The notes under the pieces are model-generated. The model searched no databases and was not told the DNA's origin. It worked only from the letters and a program-made list of their open reading frames with translations. Made by a program: the position numbers and the translations under genes. DNA of 64,000 nucleotides from Myxococcota bacterium (lineage in GTDB: Bacteria > Myxococcota_A > UBA796 > GCA-2862545): NCBI GenBank assembly GCA_049889515.1, contig JBMHDG010000062.1:188534-252533 (forward strand), given 5' to 3'. Positions 1 through 12,128 of this stretch are shown here, piece after piece. How positions within the stretch are numbered: the first letter of the stretch is position 1; every line of letters starts with the position of its first letter.

Positions 1-1431
1 CTCGGGCCTCTTCGTGTGGATGTCCCCATCGAGGGGAAGGCGCGGAGCATGCGCATCTCGCTCGACCAAGCCTATGCTGGGTATATTCGCAACGACACCT
101 ATATTGCAGAGGTCGCGGTCAACTTCGTCGACGGCGCCAATCCACCGAGCGTCGAGCGGTTGAACAGCTGGCGCGACTCCGATGCAGGAAAGAAGGCGGC
201 GGAAAAGCACCGTGAAGCGGTGATCGCAGAGTTCGACCGCATCGACCAGTCCGAGTTTGGCGACCGCGACGCCATGGCTGTGCTGATGGGCTGGGCAGCT
301 AACGGCTCGCCTTGGCTTGCATCACGCGTCAAGCGAGATGTGGCGCCGGGTTTCCGGATGCAGACTTTGCCACCGGATGATGTGGCCCTTCAGGCACTGA
401 TGAAGCTCAAGGATGCCAACGCCATCCCAGCGATCGAGATGGCGAGTCTTCGGTCCCGGGGCAAGCAGCAACGAACCTTGGCGTCGCAGGCGGCGTACTT
501 CCGGGCCTACGGCGACCTCGTGGGCGGTGGGCGGCGGTCTATCGACATCTGGGGAGAATCCGGATGGGAGAAGGGCGCGCTCGAGGGCCTTGGCGAGCCA
601 CTCTCTATCGGCATGGGCGAGTATGGTGACATCTACGTCTCGGACACCGCCAACAATCGCGTGCAGGCCTTCGGGCCTGACGGTGCGGTTCGGCTCGTCA
701 TTGGGGCATCCTCTCCTGTGGTCTCGAATGAGTGGTTTGGGAAGCGACGCGACTGGTACGTCGCAGGCTCTGGCGCTGCAGAGGAAGATGCGCGGTTTGT
801 GAACCCCGTAGACCTCGTCGTTCATGGGTCCAAGGGCGGTGAGGTCATCGCCGTGCTCGACAGTTCGGGCCGCTTGCAGCGGTTTAGCGATGCAGGCGCA
901 TTCCTTGGCAGCTCCAAGGTGGGCGCAGAGACAGGCATCAGTCCTGGGGTCAGCGGCGAGGGACATGTTGTGCGCCACAAGAAGGGGTACGCCGTGATCT
1001 GGGGCAACGAGGTGTTCCTCATCGACGATGCGGGTGAGGTCAGCGAGCCTTGGAGAATCGAGGATGGTGTGCCCATGACGGCGACCATGGTCGGCTCGAA
1101 GCTGCTCCTCGGATTCCGTGGTGAGGCCGTGAGCTACACGGTCGACGGGTTCCGGCTGGGTACGACGCTGAAGAGCGAGCTCCCCCGTGGCTGGGAAGCG
1201 TTCGACCTCGTGCTCGATGACCGCAACAAACTCTGGGCCATCACGGACAATGGCTGGGCTATCAAGTACAAAAAGCCCGGAAAGATTGACTTCCAAGTAC
1301 GGTTCGTGGATTACCCCATCGACGTGCCACGGGCCGTGGTTCAGGACGACTTCTTGTTCGTGAGCACGAACGGAAAGATCCTTCAGTTCGATGCGCTCGA
1401 GAAGCTTCAAGAGGCCGAGGCCTCCGAGTGA
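1..1431 (+). CDS. NHL-repeat (beta-propeller) protein, probably 5'-truncated by the window edge
   Basis: ORF 16..1431 begins with GTG and the frame stays open back to nt 1. GDIYVSDTANNRVQAF is a classic NHL-repeat motif, and strand-rich repeats follow. Confidence 0.6.
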   Translation, partial: LGPLRVDVPIEGKARSMRISLDQAYAGYIRNDTYIAEVAVNFVDGANPPSVERLNSWRDSDAGKKAAEKHREAVIAEFDRIDQSEFGDRDAMAVLMGWAANGSPWLASRVKRDVAPGFRMQTLPPDDVALQALMKLKDANAIPAIEMASLRSRGKQQRTLASQAAYFRAYGDLVGGGRRSIDIWGESGWEKGALEGLGEPLSIGMGEYGDIYVSDTANNRVQAFGPDGAVRLVIGASSPVVSNEWFGKRRDWYVAGSGAAEEDARFVNPVDLVVHGSKGGEVIAVLDSSGRLQRFSDAGAFLGSSKVGAETGISPGVSGEGHVVRHKKGYAVIWGNEVFLIDDAGEVSEPWRIEDGVPMTATMVGSKLLLGFRGEAVSYTVDGFRLGTTLKSELPRGWEAFDLVLDDRNKLWAITDNGWAIKYKKPGKIDFQVRFVDYPIDVPRAVVQDDFLFVSTNGKILQFDALEKLQEAEASE

Positions 1432-2618
1432 TGTGGGGTGTGGTCCTCGCGGGCCTGTTCGCCTGTACCACACCACAGGCGTCCCCATCCGCAGGCCAAT
1501 TGCCTGCGGATACCGTGCTTCAGCGACCCCGAGAGATCCTCACAAGCCCATGGCGTGTGCCGCCAACCGATGAGGTTCAGCGCGCAGCGCGTGTACTCGA
1601 GGGCATCGTGAGGACCGAGGGCGTCGATCGTGACCATGCATGGAAGCTGACCCATGCTCTGGTCGCACTCGGACCCGACCTTTCGCTAGAGGATGGTACG
1701 CCCGTCCTCGAGCACTTGGCGGCAACGTGGGGCCAGCGGTTGGGCACCAACGCGTGGACCTTCCCGCTGTCTGATGCCGCAGGTCCGGTAGAACCTCACC
1801 CGGCCTTGGTGCTGCGTGTGGCTGCGCAGAGTGGCGTAGACCCTGCGGCTTCGGTCACGGTGGAGGGGCAGCGCGCCTCATGGGGCGGTTTGTACCGGGG
1901 TGCACTTTACGACGCATGGCTGGCCGACGGTTCGTTGGGCTGGGGCAGCTGGAACAATGCGCCATGGGCGATTCAGGCGATAGCAACCTGGGCCCCCCCA
2001 AGACTGACGTGGCGTACGCCCGATGGCCATGATGCCTCTATCGATGGGCTGACGTCGTCGTTGGTGGCGGAGCTCACCACGCAGTCGCGTGGCCTTGTAG
2101 CCATGCGAGAGCGCGGCGCAGCCTTCCAGAAAGACCGGCAGGGGATGTTCGCCCTGACCTGCGGTGGTGCCCATGTTTTGCAGGCTGCCATCTATGCGGT
2201 CGGACGTGGATTTGGGTCGCCCGAAGATCGAGCTGCTGTGACGGCGTCGGTCGAACTTCTCTCTTGGCGCGTCGGCGAAGAGGTGGGTCTCATCGACCGA
2301 ACCATGCAGGAAAATCCTGAGTACGGGGTACTTCTCACGGTTCAGCGGCTGAAGTTCTTGGGCCATGCGCTCGAGTCGCTTCACCTGGCGGCCGCCATGG
2401 GTGTGGTGCCCGAGGGTACCGAGGTGCGTGCGGTGGCCGATCGGGCACTCGCCGAACTGGTTCGTACGGCGGTCGTGATCGAGGCAAGCGGCATGTCGTC
2501 GCAGATGGGCCGCCTGAAGGCCGATGTCGAGCAGACCTACCTTGACCTGATCGGCGACAGCGCCCATGCGTTGCACGGGCTCGGATTGGCGACCGGGCAG
2601 AGGGTGGTGTACCGGTAG
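1428..2618 (+). CDS. hypothetical lipoprotein
   Basis: 396-aa ORF. The N-terminus MMWGVVLAGLFAC/TTPQ looks like a signal peptide with a lipobox Cys. GTG 1428 / ATG 1431 overlap the upstream stop TGA 1429-1431. No family recognised. Confidence 0.55.
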   Translation: MMWGVVLAGLFACTTPQASPSAGQLPADTVLQRPREILTSPWRVPPTDEVQRAARVLEGIVRTEGVDRDHAWKLTHALVALGPDLSLEDGTPVLEHLAATWGQRLGTNAWTFPLSDAAGPVEPHPALVLRVAAQSGVDPAASVTVEGQRASWGGLYRGALYDAWLADGSLGWGSWNNAPWAIQAIATWAPPRLTWRTPDGHDASIDGLTSSLVAELTTQSRGLVAMRERGAAFQKDRQGMFALTCGGAHVLQAAIYAVGRGFGSPEDRAAVTASVELLSWRVGEEVGLIDRTMQENPEYGVLLTVQRLKFLGHALESLHLAAAMGVVPEGTEVRAVADRALAELVRTAVVIEASGMSSQMGRLKADVEQTYLDLIGDSAHALHGLGLATGQRVVYR

Positions 2619-2624
2619 CTCGGT

Positions 2625-4889
2625 TCAACGCCGCCGCTTGTCGAGGACGCTGTTGACCGTGTAGACCACAACGTTGAAGATCTCGTCGACCGTGGCATGA
2701 AGCGGAATGACGCTCACGGGTGCCGCGAGACCCGGCAAGAGTGGCCCGAGGGCTTCGGCGCCGGCCAGCTTCACGAGGAGCTTGTAGGCAATATTTCCGG
2801 ACTGCAGGTCCGGGAACACCAGCACATTGGCCGGTCCGGTCAGCGTCGTGAAGGGGAAGCTTTCCGACATCTTGTCCCAGTCGATGGCAGTGTCTGCCTG
2901 CATCTCACCCTCGATCTGAAGGTCTGGCCGTGCGGCGCGTACATGCTCGATGGCGCGTCGGATCTTTCGAACCACGTCGTCGGAGTGATGTTCCCCAAAG
3001 TCACTGTAGGACAGCATCGCGACACGGGGGGTCACACCAAAGGTCTCTGCGACCGCGGCGGTGTTGAGTGCAACTTGCGCAAGCGTCTCGGCAGAAGGTT
3101 GGCGGTTGACCGTGCAGTCACCAAAAAAGATCTTCTTGTCGTCGAAGAGCATGGCATAGACGCCACTGACCCGGTCGATGCCCTTGGCCGTACCCAATAC
3201 GCGTAGCGCAGGCTTCAGTGTGGCCTTGTAGGGCCGCCCATGGCCGCCGACCATGCCGTCCGCATGCCCAGCCTTGACCATCATGGCGCCGTACCAGGTG
3301 CGGTCTGACAGCTTGGCCATGGCCGATGCACGGGTCATCCCCATGCGCTTCCGATCTTCCCACAGCTGCGCGGCCAGCTCATCGAACAGTGGCCCTGCCT
3401 TGGCGGGATCGATGGTGACGCCCTCGAGGCTTAGGCCCAGCGAACTGGCCTGTTCACGAATGCGTTCGGGATCGCCGAGAAGCACGGGCTGGCAGATGCC
3501 CTCGTCCGCGACGCGCTGTGCGGCGCGTAGGATCTGTCCGCCATCACCGTCTGGAAACACGATTCGGGGCTTCTTACGCGCACGACGGGCGCGGTAGATG
3601 AGCGGCTGCATCAGACCACGTGCACGCTCGACAAGCGCATGCAGGCGCTCTTGATAGGCGTTGAGATTTGCGATGGGGGTCCGTGCCACGCCATCGCGAT
3701 GCGCGGCCTCGGCAACCGCTGGCGCGACGTACGTCAGAACCCGGGGGTCGAATGGCTTGGGGATGATGTAATCGGGTCCAAACACCAGAGAATCATCGTC
3801 GTAGGCTCGGCGTACAGCATCGGGGACATCTTCTCGTGCCAAGCGGGCGAGGGCATGGGTGGCCGCGAGCTTCATGCCCTCGGTGATCTTGCGGGCGCGT
3901 GAGTCGAGTGCTCCGCGGAACACAAATGGAAAGCCGAGGACGTTGTTGACCTGATTGGGATGGTCGGACCGTCCCGTCGCAACGATGGCATCGGGACGGG
4001 TCTCCCGCGCCACCGCATAGGGGATCTCAGGATCGGGATTGGCCATCGCAAAGATGATGGGCCGATCGGCCATCTTGAGGATCATCTCGGGCTTCAAGAC
4101 GCCTCCGACAGACAGGCCGACGAAGGCATCTGCCCCATCAATCGCATCATCAAGCGTACGGAGGTCGCGTGACGTGGCGAACATGCGTTGCTCTTCGAAG
4201 AGCGTCTCCCGGTCTGCCCGAAGTACACCCTTGGAGTCGAGCATGACGATGTTCTCGGGGCGAACGCCGAGACCCACGTAGTGCCGTGCGCAGGCGAGTG
4301 CGGCTGCACCAGCACCCGAGAAGACCATGGTGATGTCATTCAGGCTTCGATCGGTAAGCTCGCAGGCGTTGATGAGGGCTGCAGCCGAGATGATCGCCGT
4401 GCCGTGCTGGTCGTCATGGAACACCGGGATGTCGAGTGCCTCTTGGAGACGCCGCTCGACTTCAAAGCACTCTGGGGCCTTGATGTCTTCAAGGTTGATG
4501 CCGCCGAACGTGGGGGCAACCGCTTTGACGGCTTCGACCATGGCATCGACAGAATTGGCATCGAGCTCGAGGTCAAACACGTCGATGTCTGCAAACTTCT
4601 TGAACAGGTTGGCTTTCCCTTCCATGACGGGCTTGCTGGCGAGTGGACCGATGTTGCCCAAGCCAAGGACGGCTGACCCGTTGGAGATGACGGCCACAAG
4701 GTTGCCCTTGGAGGTGTACTCGAACACGGCATCGGGGTTGTCTGCGATGGCACGGCAGGGCTCTGCCACACCTGGCGAGTAGGCGAGGGCGAGGTCGCGC
4801 TGGGTTTGAAGTGCCTTGGTGGGCTCGACGGCGATTTTTCCCGGGCGGCCGTCTCGGTGGTAGGCGAGGGCATCCTTCTGCAGACTCAT
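2625..4889 (-). CDS. maeB: NADP-dependent malic enzyme (malic enzyme domain + phosphate acetyltransferase-like domain)
   Basis: 754 aa. The N-terminal half has malic-enzyme motifs ([40 protein letters not shown]). The C-terminal ~330 aa is the PTA-like domain typical of MaeB. GGAG lies 6 nt upstream of ATG 4889. Confidence 0.93.
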   Translation of the reverse strand: MSLQKDALAYHRDGRPGKIAVEPTKALQTQRDLALAYSPGVAEPCRAIADNPDAVFEYTSKGNLVAVISNGSAVLGLGNIGPLASKPVMEGKANLFKKFADIDVFDLELDANSVDAMVEAVKAVAPTFGGINLEDIKAPECFEVERRLQEALDIPVFHDDQHGTAIISAAALINACELTDRSLNDITMVFSGAGAAALACARHYVGLGVRPENIVMLDSKGVLRADRETLFEEQRMFATSRDLRTLDDAIDGADAFVGLSVGGVLKPEMILKMADRPIIFAMANPDPEIPYAVARETRPDAIVATGRSDHPNQVNNVLGFPFVFRGALDSRARKITEGMKLAATHALARLAREDVPDAVRRAYDDDSLVFGPDYIIPKPFDPRVLTYVAPAVAEAAHRDGVARTPIANLNAYQERLHALVERARGLMQPLIYRARRARKKPRIVFPDGDGGQILRAAQRVADEGICQPVLLGDPERIREQASSLGLSLEGVTIDPAKAGPLFDELAAQLWEDRKRMGMTRASAMAKLSDRTWYGAMMVKAGHADGMVGGHGRPYKATLKPALRVLGTAKGIDRVSGVYAMLFDDKKIFFGDCTVNRQPSAETLAQVALNTAAVAETFGVTPRVAMLSYSDFGEHHSDDVVRKIRRAIEHVRAARPDLQIEGEMQADTAIDWDKMSESFPFTTLTGPANVLVFPDLQSGNIAYKLLVKLAGAEALGPLLPGLAAPVSVIPLHATVDEIFNVVVYTVNSVLDKRRR

Positions 4890-4976
4890 TGTGACTCCGT
4901 GGACCTTGGAAAATACGGCTAACGCCTCTTTGCCTGACTTGCCGGACGGTGATGGGTGCGGTACCCGGGCCTCGGT

Positions 4977-5374
<398 letters not shown>

Positions 5375-5384
5375 ACCCTCGCCT

Positions 5385-6092
5385 CTAGCCGTCGTTTGCG
5401 GGCAGCAACCAGCGCCCACAGCCATCACAGTGGACCAACAGCCCGCGGACCGCGTCAGATCCTCGTTTCAGGGGGACGCCGTGCTGGCATCTCTGGCAGG
5501 TATTGTCCTTGAACCATGCGATAGCCGTACGGTGCCGTGCGGCGAGATTGTCGTGCCGGCGCTGCAGGTCGGCCGGTAGCGCCGCGTGATGTCCAGTTCG
5601 CTCGGACTCGAGTGCAGCCTTACGTTCTTGAAGCGCACGGACAGCCTCTCTCGCTGGTGGCGTGGCTTCTTCGAGGACGGATTGCGCATCGGCAAGGTCG
5701 GACTGAAGCGTACTGAGGTGGGCTTGGCCTTCTTCGATGTCGTCCATGAGCATCAACAGCTCCGTCTCCAGATCATCCATCTTGGCCGTGCAGGCATCGA
5801 TCTGTCGTTGTGCTGCGTCAGCTTGGGTGCCGGCATCAAGCGCACGCTGGGCTTGGTCTCGCTGTCGTTGCACTTTGGCGTACTGGGCGTTGAGCGATCC
5901 CTCGGTCCGCCGCTTCTCTCCAAGCACGGCGGTGTGCGTCTCCATCCGTGATTGGAGCTCATCCCGCGATGCTTTGAGGCGGTTGTACCGTCTCCGGATA
6001 TGCCCGATCTCCAAGTCTAGGTCATAGAGCGCATCGTCGAGGCGTCCGATGTCGCGTAGGGTCTGGGTATCTTGGGGCGGCGAGGCCGACAT
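5385..6092 (-). CDS. coiled-coil / C4 zinc-ribbon protein (COG1579, DUF164-like)
   Basis: A long heptad-like coiled coil is followed by the C-terminal CQRCQHG...HCDGCGRWL zinc ribbon. The ORF track start is 6125, but GGGAG sits 5 nt upstream of the internal ATG 6092, so I prefer 6092. Confidence 0.75.
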   Translation of the reverse strand: MSASPPQDTQTLRDIGRLDDALYDLDLEIGHIRRRYNRLKASRDELQSRMETHTAVLGEKRRTEGSLNAQYAKVQRQRDQAQRALDAGTQADAAQRQIDACTAKMDDLETELLMLMDDIEEGQAHLSTLQSDLADAQSVLEEATPPAREAVRALQERKAALESERTGHHAALPADLQRRHDNLAARHRTAIAWFKDNTCQRCQHGVPLKRGSDAVRGLLVHCDGCGRWLLPANDG

Positions 6093-6189
6093 GCGTGCTC
6101 CCGTGGAACATGGAGTCTGCCACATTTCTGCGGTCAGGTTGAACCAAAGCTCGCGAAGGATGTCGGCGTTGGCTAAAGGCCTCCCGGCG

Positions 6190-6263
6190 GGGCCTATAGC
6201 TCAGTTGGTCAGAGCAGCCGGCTCATACCCGGAAGCGCCCAGGTTCGAGTCCTGGTGGGCCCA
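6190..6263 (+). tRNA. tRNA with CAU anticodon (elongator Met or lysidine-modified Ile2)
   Basis: 74-nt cloverleaf. Acceptor is GGGCCTA/TGGGCCC, D arm GCTC-AGTTGGTCA-GAGC, anticodon loop CTCATAC, T arm CCAGG-TTCGAGT-CCTGG, discriminator A. No encoded CCA. G1-C72 is paired, so it is not an initiator. Confidence 0.9.
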
Positions 6264-6286
6264 CGTCACCACCCTGCGTGCCGTCA

Positions 6287-7990
<1,704 letters not shown>

Positions 7991-8149
7991 GTAGGGGCTC
8001 GCTCCGGAGTGTGGGTGCGGTGCGGTGCACTGCGAGATCACGGAATGAAAGAAACGTCAAGACAGCGGTAACGAGGCGCGTGATGTTCGGCCAGTGCTCG
8101 GAAACATGGTGGCGACCCGTGGTGCAAACGGTGTGTGACTCCTGACGGG

Positions 8150-10078
8150 TCAGGGTGAAACAGGAAGCTCATCGGCAAAAACCGTCAACCTTGAGACAAT
8201 GTGCTGCAATTCTCGGTGAATGTCTGCGGAAATCTTGGTCCTATCGTCTTTGGGGTTGTTGCGGTTGAGGCGTTCCTGAAGGCGTCCGACGGAACGGAAG
8301 CCGTTCGCGATGGCCTCCTCACCCGCGCGGAGCGCCTTTCGTTGGGCAAGCAGCTCGCGTACAGCCTCGTCATCTTCTTGGCGGGAAGCCACGTCCAGCG
8401 CTTGGGTCACCCGCTGCCGTTCCCGCTTGCGGAGTGGGGCGGAGAACCGCTCCAACACATCCACCAACGCGCGCGGGCTGGCGTCCACGGCATACAGCTC
8501 ATCACGGCTGATGACCGCCGCGAGGGTGCGTCGGACCATCGGATGTGTCTCATCTGCCACCACACTGGCACAGGGTTCTCCCTGAATGAGCCGGGCAAGT
8601 GCCGGCAGGGCGGGGCCATGCGCTTCGAGGAGGTGGCGACCCTCAAACCGCTCCAACAGATCTGCGACGTGATCGTAGCGGTGGACAATCAACCACAGCA
8701 GGTGGGTCATGTCGCTCGTGGGGCGCCATGGTGGATATTGCTCGGCCTCCAGATCGGGCGGCGGGCCCTCGAGGTGAGAACTGCGATGGGCTTCTCGCGG
8801 ACGCTTCCGAATGCGCTCGATCACCAGTTCTTCTCGCAGTCCCAGAATCGACGCAGCGGCGCTCACCTGGGCGGGGGACACCTCACCGAGAAGATCGAGA
8901 ATCTCGTTGAGCGTCCGTTCCCGGCCAGCACTGTCGAAGCCATGCCGTGCACGCTTTCGTTCGACCACCCAGTCGAACAACGGCTTGCGGGTCTTGAGGG
9001 CCTTGTGCATGGCCTCTGGACCCTCATTTCGAACGAGCTCATCGGGGTCTTTTGCATCGGGAAGCTGGATACGCCACGCTTGCATCCGCGCGCCCACAAA
9101 CATGGGGAGCATCTTTTCGGCGGCATCGCTGCCCGCGCGGTCGGCATCCGTAAGCACGACGACATCGCGGACGCGTGTTCGCAGCCGTCGGATGTGGTCT
9201 TCTGTCAGCGACGTTCCACACGTCGCGACGGCTTCCGGAAAGCCGTTGGCTTGAAGGGCAATCACGTCGAAATAGCCCTCCACAAGGAGCACACGGTCCA
9301 CACGGGCCAGGTGGGGCGATGCGGAATCTAGGCCATACAGCGTGGTGGACTTGCGATAGACGTCCGTGTCGCGGCCATTCATATACTTGGCGCCCTCTGC
9401 GCCGGGAAGCACGCGCCCCCCGAAGCTGATGACGCGACCACGATGGTCTCGGATGGGAATGATCACCCGCTCGCGAAAGAAGTCGACCACACCCGAGCCG
9501 GATCGACGAGGGCTGACCAGACCGGCGGCGAGCAGCTGTTGCGCCGTGTAGCCATCGCGGATGAAGCGGTCTGTAAGGGTGGACCATCCCGATGGTGCCC
9601 AGCCAAGCTGGAAGTTGCGGCAGACCTCCGGTGTGAGGTCGCGAGAGGCGAGGTACTCGCGGGCTGCACCACCGGTGTCCGTGGTCCAAAGCTGGGCCTC
9701 AAAAAACGAAGTGGCTTGCTCGAGAATTTCGTACAGCGACGCACGCTGACGTTGCCTTCGTCTCTCTTCGGGGCTCTGTTCCCGTGTCTCAATGGTGATG
9801 CCTGCGGCGTTAGCGGCCTCACGGACGGCTTCGGGGAAGCTCAGCCCTTCGATGTTCATCAGAAAGCTGAACACATCGCCCGAAGCTTGGCACCCGTGGC
9901 AGTGGTAGAGATTCTTGTGAGCCACGACGTTGAAGCTCGGTGTCTTCTCTTGATGGAAGGGACAGAGGCCGACCCAGCTGTTGCCTCTTCGCCTCAGCGT
10001 GACGCGCTTACCGATAATCTCGACCATATCGACTTGGTCACGCACCTGCTCTACGACGTCACGGGGGATCACACCCAT
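8150..10078 (-). CDS. dnaG: DNA primase
   Basis: CHC2 zinc finger (CPFHQEKTPSFNV...HCHGCQASGD) and TOPRIM motifs (LLVEGYFDVIAL, VVVLTDADRAG). It lies immediately upstream of rpoD. Confidence 0.93.
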   Translation of the reverse strand: MGVIPRDVVEQVRDQVDMVEIIGKRVTLRRRGNSWVGLCPFHQEKTPSFNVVAHKNLYHCHGCQASGDVFSFLMNIEGLSFPEAVREAANAAGITIETREQSPEERRRQRQRASLYEILEQATSFFEAQLWTTDTGGAAREYLASRDLTPEVCRNFQLGWAPSGWSTLTDRFIRDGYTAQQLLAAGLVSPRRSGSGVVDFFRERVIIPIRDHRGRVISFGGRVLPGAEGAKYMNGRDTDVYRKSTTLYGLDSASPHLARVDRVLLVEGYFDVIALQANGFPEAVATCGTSLTEDHIRRLRTRVRDVVVLTDADRAGSDAAEKMLPMFVGARMQAWRIQLPDAKDPDELVRNEGPEAMHKALKTRKPLFDWVVERKRARHGFDSAGRERTLNEILDLLGEVSPAQVSAAASILGLREELVIERIRKRPREAHRSSHLEGPPPDLEAEQYPPWRPTSDMTHLLWLIVHRYDHVADLLERFEGRHLLEAHGPALPALARLIQGEPCASVVADETHPMVRRTLAAVISRDELYAVDASPRALVDVLERFSAPLRKRERQRVTQALDVASRQEDDEAVRELLAQRKALRAGEEAIANGFRSVGRLQERLNRNNPKDDRTKISADIHRELQHIVSRLTVFADELPVSP

Positions 10079-10081
10079 GGG

Positions 10082-11398
10082 TCAGCCGTTCGCGTCAGGG
10101 CGCGTCGCGGCGCGCATGACCTCGGTGTCGCTGATGGCGTCACTCACGCGTCCAATGTGTGCACCTACGCCCCGAAGCTTCTCGACAAGGCGCTCGTACC
10201 CTCGGTCGAGGTGGTAGATCCTGAGCACTTCCGTAATGCCCTTTGCGGACAGGCCCGCCAAGACCAGCGCAGCGGAGGCTCGGAGGTCGCTCGCCATGAC
10301 GCTCGCGCCCGTCAAGCGTTCGCAACCGACGGCTGTAGCGGTGTTTCCAGAGATACTTAAGTCGGCACCCATCCGAATGAGCTCGGGAACATGCATGAAG
10401 CGGTTCTCGAAGATGGTCTCGGTGATGACGGAGGTTCCATCCGCAATGGCAGCCACGGACATGAGCTGGGCTTGCATGTCCGTGGGGAAGCCGGGGTGTG
10501 GCTCGGTGCGAAGTCTGAAGGCGTTGGGGCGATCTGGGCCTTGGATCCGGATGCTGGAGTCCGAGCTTTCGACCGTACATCCGGCTTGCTCCAGCTTATG
10601 CAGCACGGCCTGGAGGTGGGCGGGCTGGACATCGGTGAGGGTGAGGTCGCCGCCGGTCATGGCCGCGGCGCACAGGTAGGTCCCTGCTTCGATGCGGTCG
10701 GGGAGGACGGCATACGCGCGAGAAGCAGGGGATAGTCTGGGAACACCGTGAATGGTGATATGGCTTGTACCCAGCCCCTCAATGCGGGCGCCCATGCTGA
10801 TCAAGAACTGCCCGAGATCGACGACTTCAGGCTCACGTGCAGCGTTATGGATCACGGACGTACCGTTGGCGAGGCAGGCCGCCATCATGATGTTCTCGGT
10901 GCCGGTGACGGTGGGCACATCGAGATGGATCTCGGCGCCCTTCAGCTGTCCCGCTTCAGCATGGATATAGCCGCCCGACAACTCGAACCGGGCGCCGAGT
11001 GCTTCAAGGCCCTTGAGGTGCTGTTCAATAGGGCGCACACCGATGGCACATCCGCCCGGCAACGACACCTTGGCATGGCCATTTCGGGCGATCAGTGGTC
11101 CGAGCACGAGGACACTCGCGCGCATCTTTCGCACGACGTCGTAGGGGGCCTCCGAAAAGGCAATCCGCGAGGTGTCGAGACGCACATCGTTACCGGTACC
11201 CACGAGGCTCGGGCAGCCGATACGTCCGAGGAGGGAGAGGGTTGAGCTCACGTCCGCGAGCGCGGGGACGTTCGCGATGCGATGCTCACCGGGCGCGAGG
11301 AGGGTGCCGATGAGGATGGGCAGTGCCGCGTTCTTTGCGCCAGAGACCCGGATGGTGCCCTCTAAGCGATGACCACCGTCGACAACAATCTTCTCCAT
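10082..11398 (-). CDS. murA: UDP-N-acetylglucosamine 1-carboxyvinyltransferase
   Basis: [29 protein letters not shown] plus the catalytic-loop region [17 protein letters not shown] prefer the internal ATG 11398 over the ORF track start 11461. The stop is 3 nt before the dnaG start. Confidence 0.93.
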   Translation of the reverse strand: MEKIVVDGGHRLEGTIRVSGAKNAALPILIGTLLAPGEHRIANVPALADVSSTLSLLGRIGCPSLVGTGNDVRLDTSRIAFSEAPYDVVRKMRASVLVLGPLIARNGHAKVSLPGGCAIGVRPIEQHLKGLEALGARFELSGGYIHAEAGQLKGAEIHLDVPTVTGTENIMMAACLANGTSVIHNAAREPEVVDLGQFLISMGARIEGLGTSHITIHGVPRLSPASRAYAVLPDRIEAGTYLCAAAMTGGDLTLTDVQPAHLQAVLHKLEQAGCTVESSDSSIRIQGPDRPNAFRLRTEPHPGFPTDMQAQLMSVAAIADGTSVITETIFENRFMHVPELIRMGADLSISGNTATAVGCERLTGASVMASDLRASAALVLAGLSAKGITEVLRIYHLDRGYERLVEKLRGVGAHIGRVSDAISDTEVMRAATRPDANG

Positions 11399-11507
11399 CA
11401 CGCTTCTCCGATTCGGGCGATGACATCCGTCGTGCACAGCGGAATAGGGTGACCATCCCAAGTCGGCAAGCCCCTTCGGTCACGATACGCATTGAAGGAC
11501 GGAGAAG

Positions 11508-12128
11508 GTGATGTGGTGGCTGCTTCTGAGCGTGGCGTGGGGGGCCGACGGCGTGAATCCTACGCGTGTGCCTCTGCTCGACAATGTGGTCTTTCGTGGT
11601 CCAGACTGGGGCTGGGAGGCTGATGTCGACGGGGACGGCTCGGGTCAGCCGCCCGGTCGTGTCCGCGTGCATATGGCGCCCGACGCTTCGACCGCCGAAC
11701 GCCGCTTCGCCACGTACGCGAAAGACCTCCCATCGCTGACGCCAATGTTCGGCGCGCGTGCCATGGCAGGCTACCCCGGGCGTCTTCTTGTGGTGATGAT
11801 GGACGGATGGGTACTCAAGGTCGACCGCCCTGCGGGTGAGGCACTCGACCTAATGCGTCGACTGTTGCAGCAGGTTGAGTCGTTGCCCGACGCGTGGCCA
11901 CGAACGCCACGCCTCGAACGACAAGGCGACGTACTCACCGTGGCGTCCGAGGTGCATGACATCCGCGTCATCGTTCCCCCAGCCATTGACGCCGAAACGA
12001 TGATGCCCTTGTCGCGCTTTGCCGTCCGTATCGGTGACGACAGGTGGCGCCTTCCGAGCGATGCTGGCGCCGTTCGGGTGTGGGTATGGGACCGCTGGGG
12101 GCGCGGCGTCGAGACCGTGGTGCCCTAG
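11508..12128 (+). CDS. hypothetical secreted protein
   Basis: 206-aa ORF with a short hydrophobic N-terminus (MMWWLLLSVAWGADG). No family recognised. Coding status is inferred from ORF length and its position in an otherwise empty gap. Confidence 0.45.
   Translation: MMWWLLLSVAWGADGVNPTRVPLLDNVVFRGPDWGWEADVDGDGSGQPPGRVRVHMAPDASTAERRFATYAKDLPSLTPMFGARAMAGYPGRLLVVMMDGWVLKVDRPAGEALDLMRRLLQQVESLPDAWPRTPRLERQGDVLTVASEVHDIRVIVPPAIDAETMMPLSRFAVRIGDDRWRLPSDAGAVRVWVWDRWGRGVETVVP

Noticed and set aside
322-1488. Long antisense ORFs. Examples: 322..1488, 6329..7384, 8201..9331, 21869..22738, 31839..33017, 35324..36202, 39832..40686, 43131..44039, 46307..47146, 53542..54726
   Set aside because: Each lies opposite a gene with strong family motifs and has Arg/Pro/Gly/Ala-rich low-information composition with no recognisable domains. 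Such ORFs are expected by chance in GC-rich DNA because stop codons are rare.
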